Shown here piece by piece: positions 26,117 through 45,010 of a stretch of DNA of 64,000 nt. The notes under the pieces were generated by a model. It saw only the letters and a program-made list of their open reading frames with translations, searched no databases and was not told where the DNA came from. Every line of letters begins with the position of its first letter. Position 1 is the stretch's first letter. A program made the translations under genes and the position numbers. The DNA is from Eledone cirrhosa. Lineage: Eukaryota. The stretch covers positions 14,818,001 through 14,882,000 of the forward strand of contig OZ024765.1 of the NCBI GenBank assembly GCA_964016885.1. The letters are read 5' to 3'.

Positions 26117-27353
26117 GTGATGATGAAGACAAAGACTGAATCAATAAGGTTTTTCGTAAGAAGAACAGTAACAGCAACAACATCAACAGTAACAAGAACA
26201 AGAACAACAATAACAACAACAACAACAGTAACAGCAACAACAACAACAGTAACAAGAACAACAGCAGCAACAACAACAGTAAGAAAAAAAACAAGAAGAG
26301 TGTCGGTACATGCAGCAGCGCTATGAACGACATTTTCTAAACAACTGGCACACCGACGAGAACAGAAAAGACAAAAGACAAAACAAGACAAAAGCGAGCG
26401 CAACAACAACAACAACAATAACAGTGAAAACAACAACAACATCAACATCGTCAACTAGTATACCGACAGATAAAACGAATTAAAACAGAAATAACAACAA
26501 CAACAGCAACTAGTACACCGACAGAAAAAAGACAAAATAAAACAGATACAACAACAACAACAACAGTAACAACAACGTCAACAGGTAGACCAACAAGAAA
26601 AGAAAGGACAAAACAAAACAGAAACGACGACAACAACAACAATAACAGTGAAAACAACAGCAACAACAACATCAGCCAGCATACCGACGAAAAAAAAAAG
26701 GGAAAATAAAACAAAAACAACAACTACAACAACAATAACAGCATTTTTAAGGTTGGCTTAGAAATGGAATGAGCATAAGAAGAAAGTAAGAAGGAGGGGG
26801 GTCTTCTTCAACAGTTGCCTACTGGGTGTTTCCGTTCTTCCTTCCTTCTTATTCTCATTCTATTTTAAGCATATTTTATCATGTTTCACTGTGTCCCGAC
26901 TTCTCGCTCCTGCCACCTACCTAATTCGTTACTCTTCCCTCCCTTTCTCCCTCTCACTTTCACTCACCCTCGATCTCTGCCAGCCAACTCATTGTTTCCC
27001 TCGCCTGACACCCTAACAGTTCTTTTCTCACTTACACTCGTCGGGGTCAGACGATTCTTTTCGTTCGCCGACACGCTCTCTAACTTAAGTTCTGTTACTG
27101 ATGTGATCTTCTTACCTTAAGTTGCTCGCACATTCTTCGGTTTGTTATTTTTTTCGCTGTTTTCCTCTCTTCTCCCCCTTTTTCCCCGTTTCCCTTCTAT
27201 TTTCCTTCCCTCTCTCCCTCCCCTCTCCGTTTTCCAAATGACTTACCCAGTTATTGAACGCTCTTGGGCTAGATATATTGTCTTTAAAACGTTAAAATAT
27301 CTGAGACCCAAAGTAGAAAAGTGATGAGTAACCCCGCCGCCCCTCCGTTTTTG

Positions 27354-27468
<115 letters not shown>

Positions 27469-27504
27469 TTTATATATACATATATACACACACACCTATA
27501 TATA

Positions 27505-27642
27505 TATGAGCCTTCCAGTTTCAGTTCACATAATATACATGTCTGTGTATATTTTAATTATTTAAAAATTATTGTTAAGTGAACATGATTTTTTAAAAAT
27601 ACTTTGAAGTGAGCGTGACCTAACGGTTCACGGGTGGTCTAG
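27505..27642 (+). mobile_element. 3' end of a non-autonomous Helitron
   Basis: GTGACC-TAAC-GGTTCAC hairpin, then CTAG|T at 27639-27643; homologous to 57040-57138. Confidence 0.65.
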
Positions 27643-28199
27643 TGTTGAATAAAATCATAATTAACTGATCCTCCTGTATTTTCTTTTAAGGGATCTTCCT
27701 GTATTTTCTTTTACCCAGAGACAGGATCTTTTCAATATCTCGGTAAACAACCCACATGAAATTCACCTCATACTATTGCATTGATGAAATATAAGAAACA
27801 AATTAATTCAAACTACGCACAATAGATAATATGATGACACTGATATCTCAGAATTAGATCTGAAGCATCCATACATATACTATGGAATAAAAGGAACTGA
27901 TAAGACATAACATAGAGAAATGAAAGAAAACAATTTAGAAAAGACTGCTTCAGATGTGTTGATCTAATATTAAAAGAAATTGGACCCAGTACTTGAAGAC
28001 AATAGATATAAATACACTAGCCTTAAAAGTGATAGACTACCGTTTCAAAGTAATGTGATATAACTCTGAATAGAGTCTGGGAAGAGCAGAAATTATTGGG
28101 CGTTTTAAACCTGGAGGAGCCCAGCCCAGGTCTGGACACAGTAGATTTTGTTCAAAGAAGGATAAAAAAATGAGAGAATGGAAGTGAGAAAGAGATACA

Positions 28200-29251
28200 G
28201 GAAGAATAATGGACCGCAGTACTAAACTGGTACTATTTTTAGCGACATCGAATGGATGAAAGGCAAAGTTGAATTTGACAGGATTTGAGCTGAGAGAGAA
28301 AATAGCTGGAACGAATACTACAAAGCATTCTACCCGGCGTTCTAACGATTCTCCCAATCAGCCGCCTATGATAAAATATATGTTTCTACTTTTGGCACAA
28401 GGCCAGCAATTATCTCAGTGTATTACTGGTACTTTATTTTATCGACCCCGTAAGGATGAACGACAAAGTTAACCTCGGCGGGATTTGAACTTAGACCATA
28501 AAGGGCCGTAACTCTTTGCTGCAAAGCATGACTTCCAGCATTCTACCGATACTGACAATCCACCGCGCCTATGATAACATATAGTGGTTAAAAAGCAAGG
28601 CCTAAATACAGCAAATTTTTTGTAGATGGGGATGGAAAAAGAGATATATAGAAGATCAATGGACCCCAGTACAGGACTGGTACATTTTTTATCGAGCTTC
28701 AATGGAAGGATGACAAAGTGGACCTCGGTGTGATTTGAACTGTGAGAGATAAGAATTCTGAAATAAGTACCGCAAAACCTTCTATCTGACTTTATAACGA
28801 CTCTGTTAATTCGACGCCTGAACTAACATGTACATGTTTTACACGCAACCGAAGAAACACCGCCATAACAAATCTTTCCACATATTTTTATGTTGTCGAA
28901 ACACTCTGTAATCACGTTTTTATTTTATTTTATTTTTGTTCAGGTAAAACATTAATTAAGTGTTTGTTAGCGACACGAAGTGAAACAAATTAATAAATAA
29001 ACAATTGTCTACTCTATCACGTGTCACCAGCCACGCGCCTAATTGAACGCAATGGTTGCCAGATTTTCTTCACAGCTAGCCAGAAATTTATTTGCAAAGG
29101 AAAAAAATTTACAGAAGTAATAATTTAAAAAAAAAAAAAATGATCTGATCAGAAATGTCTTATTTTCGCGACACACCTAGAGATTTATTGGTGCCACAAA
29201 GACTAGTGTGGATCCCTCTGGGCGTAGAACAACCACAACAACAACAACAAC

Positions 29252-29293
<42 letters not shown>

Positions 29294-29496
29294 GTAATAA
29301 TAATAATTGTTTCTACTTTTGGCACAAGGCCAGCAATTACTCCAGTACATTACTGGTACTTTATTTTATCGACCACGTAAGGATGAAATGCAAAGTGAAC
29401 CTCTGGCGGGATTTGAACTCACACCATAAAGGGGCCTAACTCTATGCTGCAAAGCATGGCGTCCGCCCTTCTACTGATACTGTCAATCCCCCGCCT
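28200..29496 (-). mobile_element. tRNA-SINE cluster (28200-28367, 28381-28568, diverged 28600-28820, 29307-29496)
   Basis: Repeated GGATTTGAACT (reverse B box) and the SINE core. Confidence 0.85.
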
Positions 29497-29531
29497 TAGT
29501 GTAATAAATAGTAATAATGATAATGATAATA

Positions 29532-29848
29532 ATTGTGGAACTTTAGCATCCAGACATACCGAAAAATAGATGCAAATAAACCTGATATAATACCGAAGGA
29601 CTTTAAAAAGAGGGTATGCCTGCTAATTGATATGTCCGTTCCAATAGACAAGAATGTATCTATAAACAACATTTGAAAAATTGAGCAAGTATAAGGACCT
29701 GGAGATAGAAATTGGAAAAATGTGGAAGTTGAGAACCGAAAAAATACCAGTGGTTGTAGGCGCTTTAGGAATGATACCTAAAGGGTCTAATTATTACTTA
29801 TCGCAAATCCCAGGAAACCCGCGTATAAGAGAAATACAAAAGATAGTC
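29532..29848 (+). pseudogene. Restriction-like endonuclease (RLE) domain fragment of an R4/Dong-like non-LTR retrotransposon
   Basis: Translates as LWNFSIQTYRKIDANKPDII..VCLLIDMSVP..KLSKYKDLEIEIGKMW..IPVVVGALG (PD..D and K..KY motifs) with a disabling stop. Confidence 0.85.
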
Positions 29849-29985
29849 ATCATCATCATCATTCCTCGACTACTGTCGTGATGATGGATCTCACTCTCAT
29901 GCCCCATAATTCCCTGTCTCCCATCGCTTCCCCCAGGTCCTGTCTACTGACTCCCGTATCCCTAGAGATCATTATGATCAGAAAC
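29849..29985 (-). mobile_element. 3' end of an RTE-clade LINE with (TGA)n tail
   Basis: Minus strand encodes ISRDTGVSRQDLGEAMGDRELWGMRVRSII, then TGATGATGATG; it truncates the RLE fragment. Confidence 0.65.
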
Positions 29986-30454
29986 AGGACCCGGGAAAGC
30001 AGGGGCTGGACCTATATCAATAGGTATACCATATAGTGTGGTTCCCTGAGGAACAGGAATCCTGGTGTAGTTAGTTGCGAAATCCATCATCTTTTCAAAT
30101 AGCTAATAATGTGTGTGGGCGCCACTACTACACACATGTGAAAGAATTTGACAGCCAAGTCTTGAAGAAGGTGCTTTCTCCTCCGTGTGGTGGGTTACCC
30201 GGCGCCAGATACCAACCTGGCATTTATACCCTCGCCCTAATTGTTCGTGTTGCAAGCACTAAAGATAGTACTAATGGGAACTGCCCATATACTAAGGAAG
30301 ATTCGGTGAATATAAATACATCACAGGTCTAAACACCTAAAGATACATGTGTGTGTATATGTTCCTTCTTGAACATGGTGGACCTTGTTGTCTCTTGAGG
30401 TCATTGGTTGTGACTTGGTGATAACTCGTATGAACATAAAACAAGATGAATGAA

Positions 30455-30517
<63 letters not shown>

Positions 30518-30519
<2 letters not shown>

Positions 30520-30707
30520 TGTTTTTACTTTTGGCACAAGGCCAGTAATTATTCCAGTGCACCACTGGTACTTTATTTTATCGACCGCGTAAGAATGAAA
30601 GGCAAAGTTAACATCGGTTGGATTTGAACTCATAACGGCAAGGGCCGTAACTCTATGCGTCAAAGCATGGCGTCCGACCCTCTACCGATACCGACAATCC
30701 ACCGCCC

Positions 30708-30747
<40 letters not shown>

Positions 30748-31939
30748 TTTGCAGCAACAAAACAACAGCAACAACAACAACAATAACAGCAACAAAACAA
30801 CCGTATATAATAAGTACAAACACCTTTATACATTAGTTTACAATATTCCCCAAAGACAATCTTTGAAACACGTCGGGAAAAAGACCAAAACATATGGCGG
30901 CATATTTGACAGGGCGTAGTTTTGATATTAATGTCACATATAATAATGGGTTAATTGATGATGGTGATGGTGGTTGTGGGTGTGGTGGTGGTGGTGGTGG
31001 CGAGGATGATGATGATGATGATAAGGATGGTGATGATAATGGTGCTGGTGCTGATGATGATGATTATGATGCTGAAGATGATGATGATGATGGTGATGAT
31101 GAGGGTGACGATGGTCGTGTTGGTACTAATGATGATGGTGATGATGATGATCATAGTGGTACAAATGATGATGATGATGATGATCGTGATGGCGATGATG
31201 ATGTTGATGATGATGGGGCGGAGGATTATAGTGATGATGATGATGATGGTAATGATGATGATGGTGATGATGATGATGATGGTGATGATAATAAAAGTAA
31301 TATTTGTTTCTACTTTTGGCACAAGGCCAGCAATTATCCCAGTGTATTACTGGTACTTTATTTTATCGACCCCGTAAGGATGAAAGGCAAAGTTAACCTC
31401 GGCGGGATTTGAACTGACAATGATAACTCTATGCGTCAAAACATGGCGTCCGACCCTCTACCTATACTGCCAATCCACAACAATAATTGTGATGATGATG
31501 ATGATGATAATAACGACGATAATGATAATGGTGATGATGACGATGATAATGATGGTGATGATGATAATAATAATTGTTTTTACTTTAGGCACAAGGCCAA
31601 CAATTACTCCAGTGCATTACTGGTACTTTATTTTATCGACCCCCGTAAGGATAAAATGAAAAGTCAACCTCGGCGGGATTTGAACTCAGATTGTAAAGGG
31701 ACGTAACTGTGCTGGAGAAGCATGGCGTCCGACCCTCTTTAATAATAATAATAATAATTGTTTCTACTTTAGGCACAAGCCCAGCAAATTCACCAGTGCA
31801 TTACTGGTACTTCATTTTATGGACCCCCGTAAGGATGAAAGGCAAAGTCAACCTCGGCGGGATTTGAACTCAGATCGTAAAGGGACGTAACTATGCTGGA
31901 AAGCATGGCGTCCGACCCTCTACCGATACTGCCAATCCA
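30518..31939 (-). mobile_element. Four tRNA-SINE copies within (AAT)n/(GAT)n tracts (30518-30707, 31303-31479, 31573-31737, 31758-31939)
   Basis: Near-identical to the full-length copies at 4141 and 58957. Confidence 0.92.
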
Positions 31940-31951
31940 TAATAATGATTG

Positions 31952-31982
<31 letters not shown>

Positions 31983-32262
31983 AATAACGACGATAATGAT
32001 AATGATGATCATGATGATGACGATGATAATAATGGTGATGATGATAATAATAATGATTACTAATGATAATGAGCTAAAACTAAACAGAATAAACCACCCA
32101 AAAGAACTTCAACAGGAGTAAGAGCAATAACATTGATTAATGTTAAAAAATTCAACAAGGTAAAAAGAAAGACCATCAATAATGCAGACGATAGAGCTCT
32201 AGCGGCGTTATCTAACAGTTACTACGTACGGTGAGGTGTGTATATCTGTGTGTGTATGTATA

Positions 32263-32297
<35 letters not shown>

Positions 32298-32346
32298 GTA
32301 TATATATATTTATTTATATAAATAACATACAAACATACACACACAC

Positions 32347-32436
<90 letters not shown>

Positions 32437-32547
32437 ATATCTATATAGGTATATGTATGTATATATATGTGTATATCTATATAGGTATATGTATGTATAT
32501 ATATATATATATATATATAGGTATATATATATATATAGGTATATGTA

Positions 32548-32604
<57 letters not shown>

Positions 32605-32623
32605 ATATGTATATATATGTATA

Positions 32624-32662
<39 letters not shown>

Positions 32663-32837
32663 ATATGTATATATATGTATATATATGTATATATATGTAT
32701 GTATATATACATATATATATATACATATATGTATGCATATATATGATGTATACATATATGTATATATATATATGCATATATATATATATATATATTTGTA
32801 TATATATATATATGTGAGTTTATGTGCTTGTATATAG

Positions 32838-32885
<48 letters not shown>

Positions 32886-33299
32886 TATATGAATTTCAAT
32901 AATAACGTATGGATGTACATATGTATGTGTGTATGTATGTACATATTTAGGCATATACGTATTTGTGTGTACGTATGTATGTGTGTGTATGTGTATATGT
33001 GTATGTACATATGTATACATGTGTGTTTACCGTTTCGATACTCTCTCACCCACCCCATTTACATCACCGTCATTCTCCTTCTTTCCTTCTCCACCCACGC
33101 CTCATGCTCTCTTTCATTTCACACAACCTGCCTCTCTCTCTCTCTCTTTCTCCTCCTCCCCTTCCTCACTCACTTCAACCGCTTCCTCTTCTTCTTCTTC
33201 TTCCTCTCTCATCTAAAAGTGTTGATAAGTTAGAAATAGTTATGAAAACATCGGAACCATTAGCAGCACCATCAATAGTAGCAATGAAACTATCAGTAC

Positions 33300-36280
<2,981 letters not shown>

Positions 36281-36497
36281 AAAACCGTAACAGTAGTGTT
36301 TACGCCTGAACGACATTCAGCATTTCAAAAATGATTCCATTTCTTCAGAATCTCGCTTCGTTGAATTCTTCAATCATTTATGACTGAACACATTTACAAT
36401 TTTTCACTACGTACAGTGGAGAAGACGTAAGTGGGTAGTATGTGTATATGTATACATATATACATGTGTATATATATGTATATATATATATATATAT

Positions 36498-36539
<42 letters not shown>

Positions 36540-36552
36540 GCCTATTTATATA

Positions 36553-36625
<73 letters not shown>

Positions 36626-36680
36626 ATGTGTGTGTGTATGTGTATATATGTATATGTATACATGCATATATATATGTATG

Positions 36681-36727
<47 letters not shown>

Positions 36728-36829
36728 GTATATATATAAATAAATATATATATATGTGTGTATATATATATATATTAATATATATAAATATGAGTATATC
36801 TTTATATATAAATATATATATATATATAT

Positions 36830-36895
<66 letters not shown>

Positions 36896-36961
36896 GTATA
36901 TATATAAATAAATATATATATATTAATATATATAAATATAAGTATATGTTTATATATATAT

Positions 36962-37103
<142 letters not shown>

Positions 37104-37240
37104 CATATATAAACATACATACATATATATATATATGAGTAAATATATAATGAATACATTTACTATTTTTCACTATATACGGAACTGAGATAAGTGTGCA
37201 AATTGAATGGTTATATATATATAAACATACATACATATAT

Positions 37241-37296
<56 letters not shown>

Positions 37297-37370
37297 GAAT
37301 ATACTTCGGCATGCACTTTCTCTCAAATTCTCAATGTACAGGCACGTTGATAGAGACACGCACACACACG

Positions 37371-37402
<32 letters not shown>

Positions 37403-37422
37403 GTATATATATATATATATTA

Positions 37423-37481
<59 letters not shown>

Positions 37482-37508
37482 ATATATATATATATATATT
37501 TATATATA

Positions 37509-37578
<70 letters not shown>

Positions 37579-37725
37579 TGGGAGAGAGAGGGAGAGGGGG
37601 AGGGAGACGGGGGGAGGGGGTAAATGGTGAGACAGTTTTATACATACGCAAGGTAAGTGCTTTAGTGTGTCTTTAATTCACCTACTCATTCCATAGAGGC
37701 ATTACCACATATACCTGACCCTACA

Positions 37726-37765
<40 letters not shown>

Positions 37766-37868
37766 TATAGATGTATATATATATAAATATACTTATATAT
37801 ATATATATATAAACATAATACGTATATACTTACATACGTAATATATATGTATGCATAGTAACATACAC

Positions 37869-37960
<92 letters not shown>

Positions 37961-38142
37961 TTACATATGCACATATGTACATACATATGTGCATACATGC
38001 TCACATACAGCCATACAAATATACATACACACACAGAGATTCACATACATAAGTGTACACACACACACCCACATATATATATATATATATATATATTATG
38101 GAATACTGTTGGCTTCTTGCTACAATACTTTCTATACCTTTC

Positions 38143-38194
<52 letters not shown>

Positions 38195-38234
38195 GTATTT
38201 ACACACCTGATTGTGCAAAATTGCTTTTATCGTC

Positions 38235-38330
<96 letters not shown>

Positions 38331-38379
38331 ATATACGTGTGTCTGTATGTATGTATGTATATGTATAAACACATACACA

Positions 38380-38416
<37 letters not shown>

Positions 38417-39179
38417 AGTCAGCCAATGTAACCACCATGCAGTAATGCAGTTCAAAAGGTGAAATCCTTCATATTCCTCAGTACAACCAGTTACTATAGT
38501 GTGTGTCTATAGGTGTAGGTATGTATCTGTGCGTGTGTGTGTATGTGTGTGTGTGTGTGTGCGCACGTGTGTGTGTGGATGTGGGTGTGTTCGTATATGT
38601 GTTTGTGTCTACGAGTGTATACGCGTGGTCTCGGCGCAATTTGAAAGCGCGGTCACCATTTTATAAAAAGCGATGCGATTTCTATAACGCTCTGTTACAA
38701 TGGCTGAAAGCCAGGAAGCTTTGAGAAGCAGATCCGATGTTAATATCAGACCCAGTGTTTGACTCAAGCTCATCCTGTCGTTGGTTTGATTTCTGGACAT
38801 TCTGCTATGTTATGTTCTTGAGCAATACATTTTATTTTACGTGGCTTCAGATCACTGAATTGAGAGAGAGTTCTAAGAATAAATAGACCAGTGTCCTATC
38901 CAGAGAGAGTCTTGTACTCTATGTCGCTTACCGGTAAGAAAACTGCAGATAAAGACATATTTTATCTACAATATACAGCTTATTTAAATTCATCGACCAC
39001 CTCAAATGTTAATAAGTAAAGATTACCTCAGCGGGATTTAAAATCAGAGCGTAAAAGGCCTACCTAAATCCCGCAAAGACTTTTGTCTGTCGCTGTAATG
39101 GCTTTGCCAGTCCTCTTTGCTTATGACTTTTCAAAAATGAGATAAAAGTTTCAAAGGTAAACGAAAATTTAAACAATAT

Positions 39180-39685
39180 AGCTATTTATATGACCATCAA
39201 GTTCTAACATTTGAAAATAAAGATGTTATTTAAATAATGAAGGTGTGATTTAAAACCTAAACAAAGGTTTCCACAATTTGAACATAGAGATGTAATTTAA
39301 AAACTGAAGGTGTTATTTAAAGGCTAAACAACGATAAATTAATGAAGCTATTTAAATAAACTTCAATGTCTACCATTTGAAAATAAAGATATAATTTAAA
39401 AATGAAGATGTAATTTAAAACCTAAACAAAAGTTCCACCATATTAAAATAAAGATGCAATTTTAAAAAATGAAGATGTAATGTAAAACCTAAACAAAAGT
39501 TGAAAATAGTGATGGAATTTAAAAAAATGAAGGTGCGATTTAAAACCTAAATAAAGGTTCTACCATCTAAAAATAGAGATGCAATTTAAAAAAATGAAAG
39601 TGAGATTTAAAAGCTAAACAAAGATAAAATAAGGAAGATTTTTAAATGAACTTCAAAGTGTACCATTTAAAAATAAAATGAAATT
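39180..39685. repeat. Degenerate AT-rich tandem repeat, ~60-65 bp
   Basis: TTTAAAACCTAAACAAA and AAAATAAAGATG recur about 6-7 times. Confidence 0.75.
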
Positions 39686-40387
39686 TAGAAAATAAGGGGA
39701 AAGTTTGTACATAAAAATGAAACAAAAAAAAACAAACATAAGAAACCCCCCCACAAAAGTAACCGCAATTCAAAGGGACTTTCATCAAGTTACAAATGGG
39801 GAAAGTGGTTTTAAGACGATGAATCTGGATGGAATTTGATATCGAGGAAGAATTGTAAAGGTGCAGAACCAATTGTGGAACGGTAGGCAGTTTCAAATAC
39901 GGGTCATCTTATAAAAATAACCACACACATTACAGAGTAGAAAAAAAAAAAAAGTAAAAAATGGAGGCAAATTTTGAAAAGGAAAACGAATTAAAATAGA
40001 CTTTAATCAGGAGCAAGAATATTTAAAAAGATTTCTTGAAGTTTAAATCACATTAGACTATTCGCTAACCAAATTTTGCAATTTAAAGCGATATGAAAAA
40101 ATTGAGGCAGCATAAAAAGATGTTGCATACACATTAATATAAACATTAATATATACATTAACGCACACACACATACACACACTTATACATATATGCACAC
40201 ACACACACACACTTATACATATATGCACACACATACACACACACTTATACATATATGCACACACACACACGTATATATATTAAAAGGTTTTATGAGCGAA
40301 ATTCAGAGAAATAGAAATAAAAAAAAATAGTTTAGAATTAAATACATATACACAAACATATATATAAATACATACACACAAACACAG

Positions 40388-40418
<31 letters not shown>

Positions 40419-40812
40419 AATATTTAAATATATATATATAAGTATGTATATGTATATAAATAGTTAAATATATATATAAGTATGTATATATATATATAGA
40501 GATAGTTATATATACAAATCTGTGTGTGTGTGTGTAAAATAAAATGTTTGAAATAATTATTTTTTCAAATTTGATAACTCTACTGAATATTAATTTATGT
40601 CTGACGAACTATATATATCTGTGTGTGTGTGTGGGGGGGGGGTATGTGTGTATGTATGTATATATATATACGAATATATATACATATATATACATATATA
40701 TATGTATATATATATGTATATATATATGCATATATATGTATATATGCATAAATATATAAACATAGTTAAGTATATATATATATACATATATATATATAAA
40801 TAATTAAATATA

Positions 40813-40912
<100 letters not shown>

Positions 40913-41038
40913 GTTAAATATATTTATAAATATTTATATATATATAAATAGTTAAATATATAAATATATATATATATTTATATATATAAATAGTTAAATA
41001 TATATAGAAGTATGTATATATAATACACACACACACAT

Positions 41039-41072
<34 letters not shown>

Positions 41073-41437
41073 ATAGTGTGTGAGTGTGTATGTTCAATTT
41101 GTTAATTTGTTTCTTGTTCGGCGTATTTGAAGTTCTTATTGATGAGCGACTAATTAAATATAAAACTCACCTTGGTGTTTTCATCATCGATAAATTACAT
41201 GAATAAATTGTATATATATTATGAAAATGTTGAAGTTGTATATCGTTACGTCGTAACACCTCTCTCTCTGTCACTCTGTGTCTCACTTCCTCATATCTCT
41301 CTCTATCTATCGGAGACAGAGAGTAACTGACTGTGATACAGAGAGTGTGAAAGAGTGAGTCAGTGAGTGAGAGAGAGAGTGAGGTTGAGAGAACTTTTCA
41401 GAAATTCCATTAAAAAAGAATCGGGAAGAAGAGACGC

Positions 41438-41477
41438 CTTACCTGCAAAAAATAGAAAAGAGAAAAATATTTAGAGA
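41438..41477 (-). other. Candidate recursive splice site (3' splice site immediately followed by a 5' splice site)
   Basis: Minus strand: CTCTAAATATTTTTCTCTTTTCTATTTTTTGCAG|GTAAG, junction between 41443 and 41442. Confidence 0.45.
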
Positions 41478-41485
41478 AAGCGTAA

Positions 41486-41551
<66 letters not shown>

Positions 41552-41611
41552 GTATATATATATGTATACATATATTCATAAATATATATATATGTATATA
41601 TATATGTATAC

Positions 41612-41710
<99 letters not shown>

Positions 41711-41713
41711 TTC

Positions 41714-41760
<47 letters not shown>

Positions 41761-41775
41761 TATATATACACACAT

Positions 41776-41813
<38 letters not shown>

Positions 41814-41885
41814 GGGTGATTTGTAATGTCTTCATTACTTTTATTGAGTAGTGACGCGTGTTTCGCTATTGATCAACATCACAGT

Positions 41886-41955
<70 letters not shown>

Positions 41956-42462
41956 GTATATATATATATAGACTGTAATGATGATCAATGTATATATATA
42001 TATATATATGTGTGTGTGTATGTGCACATGTGTGTGTATGTTTAGGTATATATGTAATAGGTAAACAGAAATGACAACACAATCGGTACAGTCTATGGAA
42101 GGAATATATTAGGCTAACGCTTGTAATAGCAGGAAGAGGGTCTTTCATCAGAAGAAACGGTGTGTATACAAATACAGTTAAAGATAATTGTTTTGAAATG
42201 TATAAAAACCATGTGTAGCTTAGGCGAATAATGTGTAAAATATATGTTAAATATACACGGAAGGAACCACCGAGAATATGAAATATAATGGAGGTGTATG
42301 TTAGTTTCACGCTCAATATAACAGGAGGATTAATAAGGTTTCGGACGCTAGTCCTTCATCAGAAAATAAAATTCGAAAAGGAAAAATTGAGAGGAGTAAG
42401 CAGGGGGAGAAACGAAAATAATTTCTTCGAGAAAGAGCAGGTCTGCTTATTTTCGTCATATA

Positions 42463-42560
<98 letters not shown>

Positions 42561-42561
42561 G

Positions 42562-42600
<39 letters not shown>

Positions 42601-42641
42601 TATAGGGAGAGGGAGGGAGATAGAGATAGCTAGATACATAG

Positions 42642-42734
<93 letters not shown>

Positions 42735-43373
42735 AGGGGGAGGTAGAGAGAGGGAGGGGGGATATATAGATAGATAGATAAATAGACAGACATACAGACA
42801 CATACATAGACAGATAGATAGACAGAGAGACAGAGAGACAGAGTGACAAACATACATACATACATACATACATACATATCGAGAGATATGTTTCTTATAT
42901 TTGCCACCAGGGCATCAAAAGTGGGACAAGTACAATGGGGGGAGTTTACAAAGCAAGGCGTCCTCAATAAGGAGGAGGCAAAAACAATATATAAAAATAA
43001 AATAAAATATAACAAAAAATAAAATTTATAAGAGAGATAGATAGACAGACAGACAGACATGCAGGCAGACAGACAGACAGACAGACAGACACAGACATAT
43101 AGATAGATAGACAGGTGAAATAATTCCATGATTAGGTCGTTGAATTAAATACCTTGGTAGATCTTGCGAGTCTCAACCCTCTAAGGTGAAATGTCGACAA
43201 GGTCAACTTTATCTTCACACTTGTTAAAAACACGTCTTGAGAATTGATAGATTTAATAAACTTCCTAACAAAAACACTGTTGGAAATCTCTCTCACTCAC
43301 TCTCTTTCTCTCATTCATACACACACAATATACCTCACTCGCTCTGTCTCTCTCTCTCTCTATATATATATAC

Positions 43374-43497
43374 GTCGAAACGGCTTGAGCTCAGCCGTCG
43401 GGGTCCTACTTTTTCCTATTACCCACTCTACTACCCTAAGTATTGAATACTTTCGTCCGTTATGGTCCACCTGGTTCCTTACCACATTTCCTCAGTT

Positions 43498-43559
<62 letters not shown>

Positions 43560-43691
43560 AAAAAGTATGACCCCAATGGCAGAGCTCAAGCCGTTTCGAT
43601 GGCTATTATTATGACGTCGGTGTCATACTTTTTCCCTATTTCCCACTCTACTACCCTAAGTATTGAGTACTCTCGTATATATATATTCTCT

Positions 43692-43724
<33 letters not shown>

Positions 43725-43841
43725 CAAAGGAATTGTGGTAAGGAACCAGATGGACCATAACGGACCAGAGTACTCAATACTTAGGGTAGGTCCAGAAATA
43801 GCTGTCGAAAGAGCTTGAGCTCTGCCGTCGGTGTCATACTT

Positions 43842-43846
<5 letters not shown>
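43374..43846. mobile_element. Cluster of three ~140-nt family insertions (43374-43498, fold-back 43556-43675, fold-back 43722-43846)
   Basis: Shared GAAACGGCTTGAGCTCTGCCGTCGG.GTCATACTTTTT and CCCTAAGTATTGA.TAC; each flanked by (TA)n. Confidence 0.85.
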
Positions 43847-43922
<76 letters not shown>

Positions 43923-44000
43923 CGTATACACTCGTGTATATATATAGCTAGATAGATAGGTATGTCTGTGTGTTGGAAGAAGTTTGTTTATGTATATACA

Positions 44001-44082
<82 letters not shown>

Positions 44083-44168
44083 AATATGTATGTGTGTGTG
44101 TATATATATATATATGTGTATATATATATATATATGTGTGTATATATATATATGTGTATATATATATA

Positions 44169-44201
<33 letters not shown>

Positions 44202-44262
44202 GTGTATATATATATATATGTGTATATATATATATATATATGTGTATATATATATATATGTG

Positions 44263-44363
<101 letters not shown>

Positions 44364-44831
44364 GTGTGTACATAGAGTAAGCCAGCTAGTAAATAAATAC
44401 CCAATACAGAATCTAAAATGGCGCTGGAAGGTAATTTAACCAGTAATAACATGCAAAGATATTTATATTACCCTATCCGCCTCCTACTCCCCCTCCTCCT
44501 CCTTTTACACCCCTCTCTATATCTCTCTTCTAACATGCACTTGGTCTATGTTAGTTTCTTTATGTCCTCTTCCCTCTACCCATTCTCTCTAACCTCTATC
44601 AGTTCCTAAAACAACCTTCTCCCACTTCTCTCAGGGTCTCCTCAACCTTCTTCCTGTACTGTCACACCTCTATCAGTTTCTTCCTCCTCCCCCTTCGCCT
44701 CCTCCCTCCGCTACCCCTTCTCCCCCCTCCTGCCTATCCCACATCTCTCCATGTTTTACTTCTACAATCTCCTATGCTAATGTCTGCCAGACAAACGCCT
44801 TCATTCTTGTGTTGTTTAGCAATTATGATGC

Positions 44832-44882
<51 letters not shown>

Positions 44883-44910
44883 TGTATATATATGCATATC
44901 TATTTATATA

Positions 44911-45010
<100 letters not shown>

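Noticed and set aside
30894-31412. Second Asp-rich ORF
   Set aside because: (GAT)n tract that runs into an antisense SINE; no independent coding evidence.
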